This document shows, in pieces, positions 38,871 through 47,506 of a stretch of DNA of 64,000 bases (its first letter is position 1; every line of letters begins with the position of its first letter). Position numbers and translations under genes: made by a program. The stretch lies in contig JAQURX010000003.1 of the NCBI GenBank assembly GCA_028715415.1, positions 57,903 to 121,902 on the forward strand. Direction: 5' to 3'. The notes beneath the pieces were generated by a model. The model had not been told where the DNA came from. It worked only from the letters and a program-made list of their open reading frames with translations, and ran no database searches. This DNA is from Candidatus Omnitrophota bacterium (GTDB lineage Bacteria > Omnitrophota > Gorgyraeia > Gygaellales > Profunditerraquicolaceae).

Positions 38871-39383
38871 ATGATAAATATACTAAAAAACAGGGCATTA
38901 AAAGGCATTGTAACAAAGCATATCTCTTTGGATAAGGCTAAAGAGATAGAAATAACAGGCAGCGAGCTATCTTCGCTTATAAAACAAAAATTCAACAGGT
39001 CGCTTAATATACGTGAGGTGGATACTGGTTCTTGCGGTGCTTGCGAATCGGAAATCATTGCGGCTAATAACCCGATTTATGACTTGCAGCGTTTCGGGAT
39101 TAATTTTGTTGCCTCACCTAGGCATGCGGATGCGCTTATGGTTACTGGGCCGGTTTCTAAGAATATGCTTATCGCCTTAAAAAAGACATATGAAGCAATG
39201 CCGGAACCAAAATTCATCATTTCTGTCGGAGACTGTGCTTCGGATGGGGGCGTATTTAAAGATTCTTATTATGTTGAAGGCGGAGTAAAAAAAGTATTGC
39301 CGGTAATATTAAGTATCCCCGGTTGCCCTCCATCTCCTTTAACAATCATCAAGTCTTTACTGGCTTTCCTTAAAGAAAAATAA
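38871..39383 (+). CDS. NuoB/HycG-like small subunit with a complete Cys set for one [4Fe-4S] cluster
   Basis: 170 aa. TGSCGACESE, VGDCASDGG, PGCPP. Confidence 0.8.
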   Translation: MINILKNRALKGIVTKHISLDKAKEIEITGSELSSLIKQKFNRSLNIREVDTGSCGACESEIIAANNPIYDLQRFGINFVASPRHADALMVTGPVSKNMLIALKKTYEAMPEPKFIISVGDCASDGGVFKDSYYVEGGVKKVLPVILSIPGCPPSPLTIIKSLLAFLKEK

Positions 39384-39522
39384 TATTTTTTATTTATTTG
39401 CTTTAGTATCTGTTTAATGTTAAAGTAAAACAACTTATCAATTTTTAACAAGAGAGAATAAAATCAAATACAAACACGCATTATTCCTGAATCCTTATAT
39501 CGAAAGTAGCGCAACCAGCGCT

Positions 39523-40905
39523 ATGATGATGTTTCCTCCTACCGGCCTTGAGTATGTGGCAACCAGTGCCAAGGGTTTGGTTGGTAAGGTTACGCTTATG
39601 GATTTAAGGTATGAAAAGGAATTATCCGACGTAAACAATTTAATAGATTTTATATCCAAGGAAATAGATATAATTTGTGTTGGCATTGGCTGGGACCGGC
39701 AACTTGAAGAGATATGCAAAATGCTCAACAGTTTCCCTAAAAATATTCCTTTGGTTATAGGCGGTTACAAGGCCACAGAAAAAGTAGAAGAATTCTTTCA
39801 AAACTGCCCAGATATTTCCATAATTGTCCGTGGAGAAGGGGAGGAATCAATTAAAGAAATTCTTGAAGGAAAGGCTCTAAAAGACATTTTGGGTATTTCT
39901 TACAAAGAAGGCGGTAAGATAATACATAATAAGAACCGGCCTTTTCCTCACGTAGATAATCTTCCTGCTCCTGACCGTTCATTAAGGAGAAATAATTATT
40001 CGCTTTTATTAAACGGGATAAATATCGCCGGATTGACTTTTGATTCTGTTTTAAGTGCCAGAGGCTGCCCATTTAATTGTAAATTTTGCACCTTTAGCAT
40101 GAACCCTCTGGGGCAAAAGAGAAATTATTCCGCGCGCTCTGTTGAATCGGTGGTTGATGAGATAGAAAAACTTGAAGCCAAAGTAATACTTTTTAGCGAC
40201 GATGATCTTTTTTGTAATCCCAAAAGAGCGGAACAAATCTGCGATTTAATTATCAAGCGAAAGATTAAAAAACGTTACCTTGCGCAGGCAAGGATTGACA
40301 TAGCCAAATACCCAAGCCTCTTAGAGAAAATGGTAAAAGCTGGTTTTAAGGCCTTGTTAATCGGAATCGAATCTCCTCATGACTGGATACTTACGCAACT
40401 TAATAAAGGATTTAACCAGGAAACGATTCGGAAAGCCTTTGCGGTTTTAAGAAAATACCCTATATATTACAATGGATATTTTATTTATGGGAATATCGGG
40501 GAGAAAGAAGAAGAAATGCTTTATATCTCTAAATTTGCTAAAGAAATAGGAGTTGATTCTATTGCTTGTAATAAACTTAGGATAGAACAGTTTTCTCCGC
40601 TTAGAGAGCTCGCAGAAAAAACTCCCGGTTATCATATTACAGAAAGAGGAGAGTTGTATTCTGATACTTACAGCCACGCTGCTTTAAAGAAGATCGGCAG
40701 AAGGATAAAATTTTCTTTCTATACTCCGGGAAGATTTATGAAGATACTTTTTAAGAATATATTTATTGTGAAGTTTTTCACGTTTAAAGAAATTATTTCG
40801 GTTTTTCTTGCTACCCCGAGGTTGTTAAAGAGCGTCATTGTCCGAGAACGCTCGCGCGGAAGACTCAAAGACTCTCTTACCCGCACTTTTATCAGAAATA
40901 AGTAG
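39523..40905 (+). CDS. B12-binding domain radical SAM protein
   Basis: 460 aa. N-terminal cobalamin-binding Rossmann-like region. CPFNCKFC is the CxxxCxxC radical SAM motif. Confidence 0.8.
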   Translation: MMMFPPTGLEYVATSAKGLVGKVTLMDLRYEKELSDVNNLIDFISKEIDIICVGIGWDRQLEEICKMLNSFPKNIPLVIGGYKATEKVEEFFQNCPDISIIVRGEGEESIKEILEGKALKDILGISYKEGGKIIHNKNRPFPHVDNLPAPDRSLRRNNYSLLLNGINIAGLTFDSVLSARGCPFNCKFCTFSMNPLGQKRNYSARSVESVVDEIEKLEAKVILFSDDDLFCNPKRAEQICDLIIKRKIKKRYLAQARIDIAKYPSLLEKMVKAGFKALLIGIESPHDWILTQLNKGFNQETIRKAFAVLRKYPIYYNGYFIYGNIGEKEEEMLYISKFAKEIGVDSIACNKLRIEQFSPLRELAEKTPGYHITERGELYSDTYSHAALKKIGRRIKFSFYTPGRFMKILFKNIFIVKFFTFKEIISVFLATPRLLKSVIVRERSRGRLKDSLTRTFIRNK

Positions 40906-40949
40906 TAATTTATCCCTTCGAAGCATTTTTTAAATCCACACGTTTCTCT

Positions 40950-41345
40950 AATGAATCTGCCGTCTTTTCTCGCTCAAATTTAACCTTGCTTTATGGTTTT
41001 AGCTTCCGGCACTGAAAATTTTTGCCGTCGGCTGCTGTTTACCGCGTCGCTTCGGCTTAGCGTTCTTATATAGCTGTCCTTCGCTCCTCGTAAATCCTTG
41101 CCGACATTTGCCAAAAATTTTCTAATGTGCCTCCAGCAAAAACCATAAAGCTATAGATAATCTGTCTTAGCGGATGACTTGGCTTGGTTCGCAGCAGGGC
41201 TTCCGGAAATTCGAGCGGGCATGGTTGCCCCGCTAAATAGAATGTAGGCAGAGCGAGAATTTTCGAGAGTGAGCCAACCACGCTGGGGATGGCGAACGTC
41301 CCTGCGAGAAACAAGACAAGGCAGACGCTAAAGAGTAAGTTTTTA
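40950..41345. repeat. ~395-bp structured non-coding repeat, copy A (nested long imperfect hairpins)
   Basis: About 85-90% identical, by eye, to the reverse complement of 62255-62650. Contains the pairing segments gctttatggtttt/aaaaccataaagc and tgaaaatttttgcc/ggcaaaaattttc. Confidence 0.7.
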
Positions 41346-41404
41346 GCTTGTTTTTTTCTCTTCGGCGTGCTATTATTGAATCAATATTAAGGAGGATTAA
41401 AGAA

Positions 41405-41725
41405 ATGGCAAGTATTGAAGATTTTAGAAAATTAGAGTTGAAAGTTGCTGAAATTAAAGAGGTTAACGAACATCCTAATGCGGATAAATTGTATGTAATC
41501 ACACTTGATCTTGGGGATAGGACTAAACAAGTAGTAGCTGGGATAAGGTTGTCTTATCAGAAGGAAGATTTGATTGGTAAACAGGTTATTGTAGTAGATA
41601 ATCTTGATCCTGCGGTATTAAGAGGAGTTGAAAGCCAGGGAATGCTTCTGGCTGCCACAGATGAAACCGGAATAGTTGTTATTAGCCCGGAAAGAAAGGT
41701 TAAGTTGGGGAGTATAGTAAAGTGA
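41405..41725 (+). CDS. tRNA-binding domain protein (CsaA/Trbp111/MetG C-terminal-like)
   Basis: FRKLELKVAEIKEVNEHPNADKLYVITLDLGDRTKQVVAGI...NLDPAVLRGVESQGMLLAA is the OB-fold tRNA-binding (EMAP-like) domain. Start at the ATG at 41405 with RBS AAGGAGG. The ORF-track start at 41348 lies inside the repeat. Confidence 0.7.
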   Translation: MASIEDFRKLELKVAEIKEVNEHPNADKLYVITLDLGDRTKQVVAGIRLSYQKEDLIGKQVIVVDNLDPAVLRGVESQGMLLAATDETGIVVISPERKVKLGSIVK

Positions 41726-42225
41726 GTGCAAAGATTAAACAGTTTATTCCAGAAGAATACTGCTTGCAGTGTAAAGGATGCTGTAGGTTTGCCCAGGAGG
41801 ATTCAGTTTGGCTGCCTTGTCTTTTAGATGAAGAGAAGCTAGAGTTGATAGATAAAGAAGGAATTCCACCTGTTTCAATAACCGCTGACAGTAGGGTTCA
41901 TCCTGTGCCTAATCCTAAGAGCGAAGGATTTATCTGTCCGTTATTGAATATTGAAGATAACAAATGCAAAATTTATTTGAGCCGTCCATTTGAATGCCAG
42001 CTTTATCCATTCTTACTGAATCTGCGCGACAAAAAAGTGATTTTAACAATTGATCTAAATTGCCCATACGCAAGAGAAAAAGCTAATAGTAAAGAGTTTA
42101 AAGAATATACCGAGTACTTAACCACCTTTCTAAATGAGCCAGCGCAAATAAAAATCCTTAAAGCCAACCCGCAAATACTCCAGGCTTACGAAGAAGTTTC
42201 TGATATAGTTGAACTAAATTTCTGA
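41722..42225 (+). CDS. YkgJ-family CxxCxxCC putative Zn/Fe-binding protein
   Basis: CLQCKGCC near the N-terminus. Additional Cys CPLL...C...C. Confidence 0.55.
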   Translation: MSAKIKQFIPEEYCLQCKGCCRFAQEDSVWLPCLLDEEKLELIDKEGIPPVSITADSRVHPVPNPKSEGFICPLLNIEDNKCKIYLSRPFECQLYPFLLNLRDKKVILTIDLNCPYAREKANSKEFKEYTEYLTTFLNEPAQIKILKANPQILQAYEEVSDIVELNF

Positions 42226-42228
42226 TAT

Positions 42229-43119
42229 ATGGGCCTTAAAAAATTATCTCTTCAAGATAAAAAAATTATAGATAAGTATTTGTCTTTCTCGGAACACAGC
42301 CTTTCGTTTTATGCTTTAGAAAATATCCTTATTTGGAATAGTTTTTATGATATTGGCTGGGAGATAATTGACAATTCCCTGTGTATTTTTTTTAAGGATA
42401 AAATTGGTTGTTTCTTATATCTGCCTCCGCTTGGAGCCAAGCAAAGCGCTTTAGCGGTTAATAAATCCTTTGAGGTTATGGATAGATTCAATGCAAATCC
42501 TCAGGTTTCACGTATTGAGAATATTGAAGAGCAGGATGTAAAGTTTTTTAAAGAGATGGGGCTTCTTTGCAGGGAGAAATCGCTTGATTATTTATGCTCA
42601 AGGTCAGAGTTAGCGAATTTAAAAGGGAATAAATTTAAATCTAAGCGCGCCTCATTAAATTATTTTACCAAACATTATGATTTTGAGAGTTTTGAATTAA
42701 CATCAAATCTGAAGAAAGAATGCTTAAGTTTATACGATTATTGGAGCAAGCAGAGAAAAGCTCAGAATGAAGACCATGTTTTTCAGGGGATGCTTGATGA
42801 TAGCAGGTTAAGTTTAAAGACAGCTCTCGATAATTATAACAAGTTGGATTTTACCGGGATGGCTGTGAAAGTAAATGGCAAGATAGGAGCATTTAGCTTT
42901 GGATATCCAATAAATAAAAATACATTCTGCATTCTTTTTGAAATTACAGACCTTTCTATAAAAGGCCTTGCGCAGTTTATTTTCGCAGAATTCTGCAGCC
43001 AGTTAAAGGGGTACAAGTATATCAATATTATGGATGATTCGGGGCTTGAGAATTTAAAGAAAGTGAAGCTTTCTTATAAACCGGCAAGATTAATCCCTGC
43101 TTTCATCGCAACCAGGTAA
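42229..43119 (+). CDS. hypothetical protein, possibly DUF2156 (LPG-synthase C-terminal-like acyltransferase fold)
   Basis: 296 aa, soluble. Resemblance is by overall sequence style only. Confidence 0.25.
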   Translation: MGLKKLSLQDKKIIDKYLSFSEHSLSFYALENILIWNSFYDIGWEIIDNSLCIFFKDKIGCFLYLPPLGAKQSALAVNKSFEVMDRFNANPQVSRIENIEEQDVKFFKEMGLLCREKSLDYLCSRSELANLKGNKFKSKRASLNYFTKHYDFESFELTSNLKKECLSLYDYWSKQRKAQNEDHVFQGMLDDSRLSLKTALDNYNKLDFTGMAVKVNGKIGAFSFGYPINKNTFCILFEITDLSIKGLAQFIFAEFCSQLKGYKYINIMDDSGLENLKKVKLSYKPARLIPAFIATR

Positions 43120-43123
43120 AATT

Positions 43124-43942
43124 ATGGATAAGAAATTAGATGAGATAGAATTTACAATTTTTGATACAGAGACTACCGGGCTTGATGCTGCTTCCGGGGA
43201 TAGGATTGTAGAAATTGCAGCCGTAAGGTTTAAAGACGGCCAGAGGTTAGATACCTTTCAGGCTTTAGTTAACCCTGACCGGCCGATTTGTGAAGCAGCT
43301 TTTCAGGTAAATAAGATAACCCCGGAGATGTTAATTGATGCTCCGAGGATTAAAGAGGTATTGCCGGGGTTTTTAAAGTTTATTCAAGGAAGCTGCCTGT
43401 GTTCTTATAACGCAGGTTTTGATTTAGAATTTTTGAATAATGAATTAAAGCTAAGCAGTATGCCTGAATTAGAAGGGATTGTAGTTGTTGATGTTTTAAA
43501 GATGTCCCGCCGGCTCCTCCCTGGTTTGGAGCGTTACGCGCTATGTTTTGTTGCGGAAAGCCTTGGCATTACTACCAAGCAGATACATCGTGCTTTTTCC
43601 GACGTTGAGCTTACTCTGGGAGTATTCAATAAATTGAATGAAATGCTTTATGAAAAAGGAATCAAGGATTTTAAAAACTTCTCAAACTTGTTCTCTATTA
43701 ATGCGCATTTGCTGGAAAGCATGAATTCAAAAAAGATTTCTGAAATTCAGGAAGCAATCGATTTGAATGTTAGATTGCACATAAGATATATCTCAAGCTC
43801 CGGAGAAATCTCGGAGAGAGACGTAATCCCGAAAGAAATTAAGCAGGAATATGGCCGCAGCTATTTATTGGCACGTTGTTGCCAAAAAAATAAGGAACGC
43901 ATATTTAGGATAGATGGCATATTGCATCTTGAAATCGTATAA
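43124..43942 (+). CDS. DnaQ-like 3'-5' exonuclease (DEDDh) with ~100-aa C-terminal extension
   Basis: Exo I FTIFDTETTGL, Exo II CSYNAGFDLEFL, Exo III HRAFSDVELT. Confidence 0.75.
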   Translation: MDKKLDEIEFTIFDTETTGLDAASGDRIVEIAAVRFKDGQRLDTFQALVNPDRPICEAAFQVNKITPEMLIDAPRIKEVLPGFLKFIQGSCLCSYNAGFDLEFLNNELKLSSMPELEGIVVVDVLKMSRRLLPGLERYALCFVAESLGITTKQIHRAFSDVELTLGVFNKLNEMLYEKGIKDFKNFSNLFSINAHLLESMNSKKISEIQEAIDLNVRLHIRYISSSGEISERDVIPKEIKQEYGRSYLLARCCQKNKERIFRIDGILHLEIV

Positions 43943-45284
43943 ACTGGGTGTTGATTTCTTCCGTGTTTTTGAAACTTTAAAAACCCGTAAGAATTGCTTT
44001 TTTTTGGACTCTAGTAAGAATTCGTATTGTTTAGGCAGGTTCTCTTTTATCGGGATAGACCCCTTTTATATATTAAAATCGGATAATGCCTTGCCGTTTG
44101 ATAAATTAAGAGAGCTGTTAAATAAATACAAAATCCCCTCAAACAAGGCTAACCCCCCATTTTTAGGAGGGGCAGCTGGATTCTTAGGATACGATTTAGG
44201 TTTTATCTTAGAGAAAAAAATAAAAAAGATTATTCCCGAAGACATAAATATCCCTAATTTTTACTTTGCTTTTTATAATACAGTTATTGTTGCAGATAAT
44301 CTAAAGAAGAAGCTTTTTATATCCTGCTTAGGGGCTCCTGAAGAAAACGAAATTTCAGCTAAAAAGCTTGCTTGTGAAAATTTTAAGAAAACAGAAATCT
44401 TTCTTTCCAGAATTATTTCAAAAGATAATTTAACCGATGATATCCAAACTACCGGAAAGGTTGATTTTAATTCTAATTTTACAAAGAAAGCTTATCTTGC
44501 CGCGGTTAAAAAAGCCAAGGAATATATTAAGAAAGGGGATGTCTACCAGTTAAATCTTTCGCAGCGGTTTGACGCAGAAACAGATTCAAGCGCTTTTGAG
44601 ATATATAAGAGGCTCCGGAAAATCAGCCCCTCTTCTTTTTCAGCTTTTTTTGACGCAGGAGATTTCCAGATTTTAAGTTCTTCTCCGGAGAGGTTCATAA
44701 GTTTTTCTGATGGCAAGGTAAGCACCCGGCCGATGAAAGGAACCCGCCCCAGGGGTGAGAATTATAAAGAGGACAATCTTCTTAAGAAAGAATTGCTTGA
44801 GAGCCAAAAAGATAAAGCAGAATTAACGATGATTGTTGATTTAGAGAGAAATGATTTAGGAAGAGTCTGTAGCTATGATTCAATAAAAGTAACCAAGCCA
44901 AGAGAATTGGAAAAATATAGCACCGTGTATCAGACTACATCTACAATTGAAGGGCGGTTATTTAAAAGTAAAGACAGAATTGATCTTTTGCGTGCATGTT
45001 TTCCGGGAGGCTCTATCACTGGATGCCCAAAAATACGGGCAATGGAGATTATTGAGGAATTGGAGCCTAACAGGCGTTCAATTTATACCGGTAGCCTTGG
45101 TTATTTAAGTTTTTCAGGAGAGATGGATTTTAATATTTTAATCCGTACGATACTCAAGAAAGAAAACAAAATATATTTTGGCGTAGGAGGGGGTATTGTC
45201 GCGGATTCCGATCCTAAATCCGAATATGAAGAAACTTTATGTAAAGCCAAAGCAATGATGAAAGCGCTATCTTTAAAGGGATGA
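43914..45284 (+). CDS. pabB: aminodeoxychorismate synthase component I (chorismate-binding enzyme, PabB/TrpE family)
   Basis: SPERF...TRPMKGTRPRG...DKAELTMIVDLERNDLGRV...GSITGCPKIRAMEIIEELE...RSIYTGSLGY. Followed by a class IV aminotransferase-fold lyase. Confidence 0.8.
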   Translation: MAYCILKSYKLGVDFFRVFETLKTRKNCFFLDSSKNSYCLGRFSFIGIDPFYILKSDNALPFDKLRELLNKYKIPSNKANPPFLGGAAGFLGYDLGFILEKKIKKIIPEDINIPNFYFAFYNTVIVADNLKKKLFISCLGAPEENEISAKKLACENFKKTEIFLSRIISKDNLTDDIQTTGKVDFNSNFTKKAYLAAVKKAKEYIKKGDVYQLNLSQRFDAETDSSAFEIYKRLRKISPSSFSAFFDAGDFQILSSSPERFISFSDGKVSTRPMKGTRPRGENYKEDNLLKKELLESQKDKAELTMIVDLERNDLGRVCSYDSIKVTKPRELEKYSTVYQTTSTIEGRLFKSKDRIDLLRACFPGGSITGCPKIRAMEIIEELEPNRRSIYTGSLGYLSFSGEMDFNILIRTILKKENKIYFGVGGGIVADSDPKSEYEETLCKAKAMMKALSLKG

Positions 45285-45287
45285 TGC

Positions 45288-46121
45288 ATGAGCAAAGCAG
45301 ATAAGAAAGCGGCGTTGTTTTTAAATGGCAAATTCACTGGTAGCCTGGAAGCTAAAACTTCGGTCATGGATCCCGGATTCTGTTTTGGCTTAGGGTTGTT
45401 TGAGTCTATGCGTTCTTATCGGGGGAAAATTGTTTATTTGGATGAGCATATTGAAAGAATTAAGAATTCATGCCGTTTGATAGGCTTGAAATTCCCTTTT
45501 TCCGCACCAAGGCTAAAACAATTAATAAGAAAGTGTGTTGATGCTAACGGGTCAGTTGATACATATGTAAAATTAATCTTATGGAAGGCTATCAAAGGCA
45601 CAAATTATTTAATCATCACAAAAAGATATAATGCACCTTCCTTGAATAGGTACAAATCAGGTTTTAAAGTTTTGATTTCAGATTTGCGGCAAGATGAAAA
45701 ATCTCTTACTGCCCGGATAAAAACCACCAATCGCCTTCTTTACCAGCTTAGTTTTAATGAGGCAAGAAAAAAAGGTTTTGATGAGGCGCTTATTTTGAAT
45801 AATCGTGGGCTGCTTGCCGAGGGAAGCCGGAGCAATGTATTTTTTATTAAAGATAATGAAGTTTTCACCCCTTCTTTGGAATGCGGATGCTTAGGGGGGG
45901 TAACCCGTAAAGTTATCTTTGATTTATGTAGTAAATTAAAGATAAAAATTTACACAGGCAGGTTTACCGTTAAGGATTTATTGGAATCAGACGAAGCATT
46001 CCTTACTAATTCTTTAATGGGAATAATGCCTTTGTCTTTTCTTAATCAGAATGCGATAGGCAACGCCTCTTTACGGCATATAACAAGCCTTTTGCAGAAG
46101 AAATACAGAGCTTTATTGTAA
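45288..46121 (+). CDS. pabC: aminodeoxychorismate lyase (aminotransferase class IV fold)
   Basis: 277 aa. Class IV PLP-enzyme pattern (...FESMRSYRGKIVYLDEHIERIKNS...). Adjacent to pabB. Confidence 0.65.
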   Translation: MSKADKKAALFLNGKFTGSLEAKTSVMDPGFCFGLGLFESMRSYRGKIVYLDEHIERIKNSCRLIGLKFPFSAPRLKQLIRKCVDANGSVDTYVKLILWKAIKGTNYLIITKRYNAPSLNRYKSGFKVLISDLRQDEKSLTARIKTTNRLLYQLSFNEARKKGFDEALILNNRGLLAEGSRSNVFFIKDNEVFTPSLECGCLGGVTRKVIFDLCSKLKIKIYTGRFTVKDLLESDEAFLTNSLMGIMPLSFLNQNAIGNASLRHITSLLQKKYRALL

Positions 46122-46122
46122 A

Positions 46123-47274
46123 ATGAAATTAACCAATAAAATCAAGCTTCCTTTTAAAGTCAAGAAACCGGTTCTATCATTTGGTTCGCAGGCAAAGAAT
46201 ACGCTTTGTTTTGCTAAAGGCAATTTCGCTCTTATAAGTAGAATCCATGACGACCTTAACAATTTAGATGATTTTTTGCTTTTTGAAAAAGATGCCAAAT
46301 ATTTTCTTAATAAAAAACCCAAGGTTTTAGCTTTTGACCTTCATCCCGATTATCAGTCTACCAGTTACGCATCAAGTTTGAATAATGCTTTTAATGGCGG
46401 CATTGCTATCCAGCATCATCATGCTCATATTGCCGCATGTATGGCGGAAAATGGGCTAAAGAACGAACAGGTAATTGGAGTTGCGTTTGATGGGTCGGGG
46501 TTAGGATTTGATAATACTATTTGGGGTGCCGAATTTTTAATCTGTAACTACAAAACTAGCGTAAGAATTGCTCATTTAAAAAAGATAAAACTTTTAGGAG
46601 GGGAAAAGGCGATACTCGAGCCTTGGCGTATTGCGGCTGCCTGGTTAAATTCTATTTATGGGGGTAGCTTTCTAAAGCTAAAAATTGATTTTACTAAAGG
46701 AGTAGACAAGATCAAGTGGCACATCTTAAAAGAAATGGAATCAGTTAGTTTTAATACTCCCTTAACAAGCAGTATGGGCCGGCTATTTGATGCATTTGCA
46801 AGTTTAGTATTAGTAAAATATAATGCTTCTTATGAAGCCCAGCTTCCAATTGAGTTAGAAAAACTTGCTACGAGGGCAAATGTTACAAGCCAGAAAACAT
46901 ATCAATTTGGTATTAAGGAAAATGCAGGTATGTTTATCATAGACCCAAGCCCGTTGTTTAGGGCAGCAGTGGCTGATTTAAAAAATAAAAGGCCAAAAGC
47001 AGAGATCGCCTATTGTTTTCATTTAGCCGTTGCCAATGCGATTAATGATATTTGTTTGAGAATAAGAAAAACCCGAAAAATTAATACTATTGTTTTGTCG
47101 GGAGGTGTTTTTCAAAACAAACTCTTGTTAGGCTTAAGTAAGGATTGTCTTAAGTCTTTAGGGTTTACTGTTTTAACCCATAAGAAGCTTTCTTGTAATG
47201 ATTCGAGTGTTTCTTTGGGGCAGGCTGTGGTAGCTAACTTTAACACCCGAACCTATCGGAAGGTTCGGGTGTGA
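46123..47274 (+). CDS. hypF: HypF C-terminal (Kae1/YgjD-like carbamoyltransferase) domain protein; lacks acylphosphatase, Zn-finger and YrdC domains
   Basis: FDLHPDYQST, QHHHAHIAAC and VLSGGVFQN match the C-terminal domain of HypF. At 383 aa it is far shorter than the ~750 aa of full HypF. Immediately upstream of hypC-hypD. Confidence 0.65.
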   Translation: MKLTNKIKLPFKVKKPVLSFGSQAKNTLCFAKGNFALISRIHDDLNNLDDFLLFEKDAKYFLNKKPKVLAFDLHPDYQSTSYASSLNNAFNGGIAIQHHHAHIAACMAENGLKNEQVIGVAFDGSGLGFDNTIWGAEFLICNYKTSVRIAHLKKIKLLGGEKAILEPWRIAAAWLNSIYGGSFLKLKIDFTKGVDKIKWHILKEMESVSFNTPLTSSMGRLFDAFASLVLVKYNASYEAQLPIELEKLATRANVTSQKTYQFGIKENAGMFIIDPSPLFRAAVADLKNKRPKAEIAYCFHLAVANAINDICLRIRKTRKINTIVLSGGVFQNKLLLGLSKDCLKSLGFTVLTHKKLSCNDSSVSLGQAVVANFNTRTYRKVRV

Positions 47275-47296
47275 ACTTGTGTTCAAGGGGTAGAAT

Positions 47297-47506
47297 ATGT
47301 GTTTAGCAGTTCCAATGAAGGTTAAAAAAATTAACGGCGCATTTGCCCAAGTAGATGCAGCTGGATTGCTTCGCCAGGTGAATATTGAAATGGTCAGCGG
47401 AATTAAAGAAGGCGATTTTGTTTTAGTGCATGCCGGTTTTGCAATTCAAAAAATTGATAAGGCTCGGGCAAAAGAAACGTTAAGGATTTTGTATGAAATA
47501 CATTGA
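47297..47506 (+). CDS. hypC: hydrogenase maturation factor HypC
   Basis: Starts MCLAVPMKV (the Cys2 motif). 69 aa. Confidence 0.85.
   Translation: MCLAVPMKVKKINGAFAQVDAAGLLRQVNIEMVSGIKEGDFVLVHAGFAIQKIDKARAKETLRILYEIH

Noticed and set aside
32496-39383. Interpretation of the hyf-like operon as a functional formate hydrogenlyase / hydrogenase-4
   Set aside because: The large subunit has Ser/Asn in place of all four Ni-Fe cysteine ligands. In addition, no HycB/HycF ferredoxin, FdhF or hyc-type protease genes accompany it.
41000-41060. CUGUUUACC motif in the repeat reminiscent of SRP (4.5S) RNA domain IV
   Set aside because: The conserved GGAAGGAAGCAG internal-loop core of SRP RNA is absent from both copies, and copy B does not even keep the CUGUUUACC stretch.
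41066-41502. Two minus-strand ORFs (82 and 89 aa) inside the 395-bp repeat copy A
   Set aside because: The inverted copy B at 62255-62650 preserves the nucleotide sequence but not these reading frames. The element is therefore not protein-coding.
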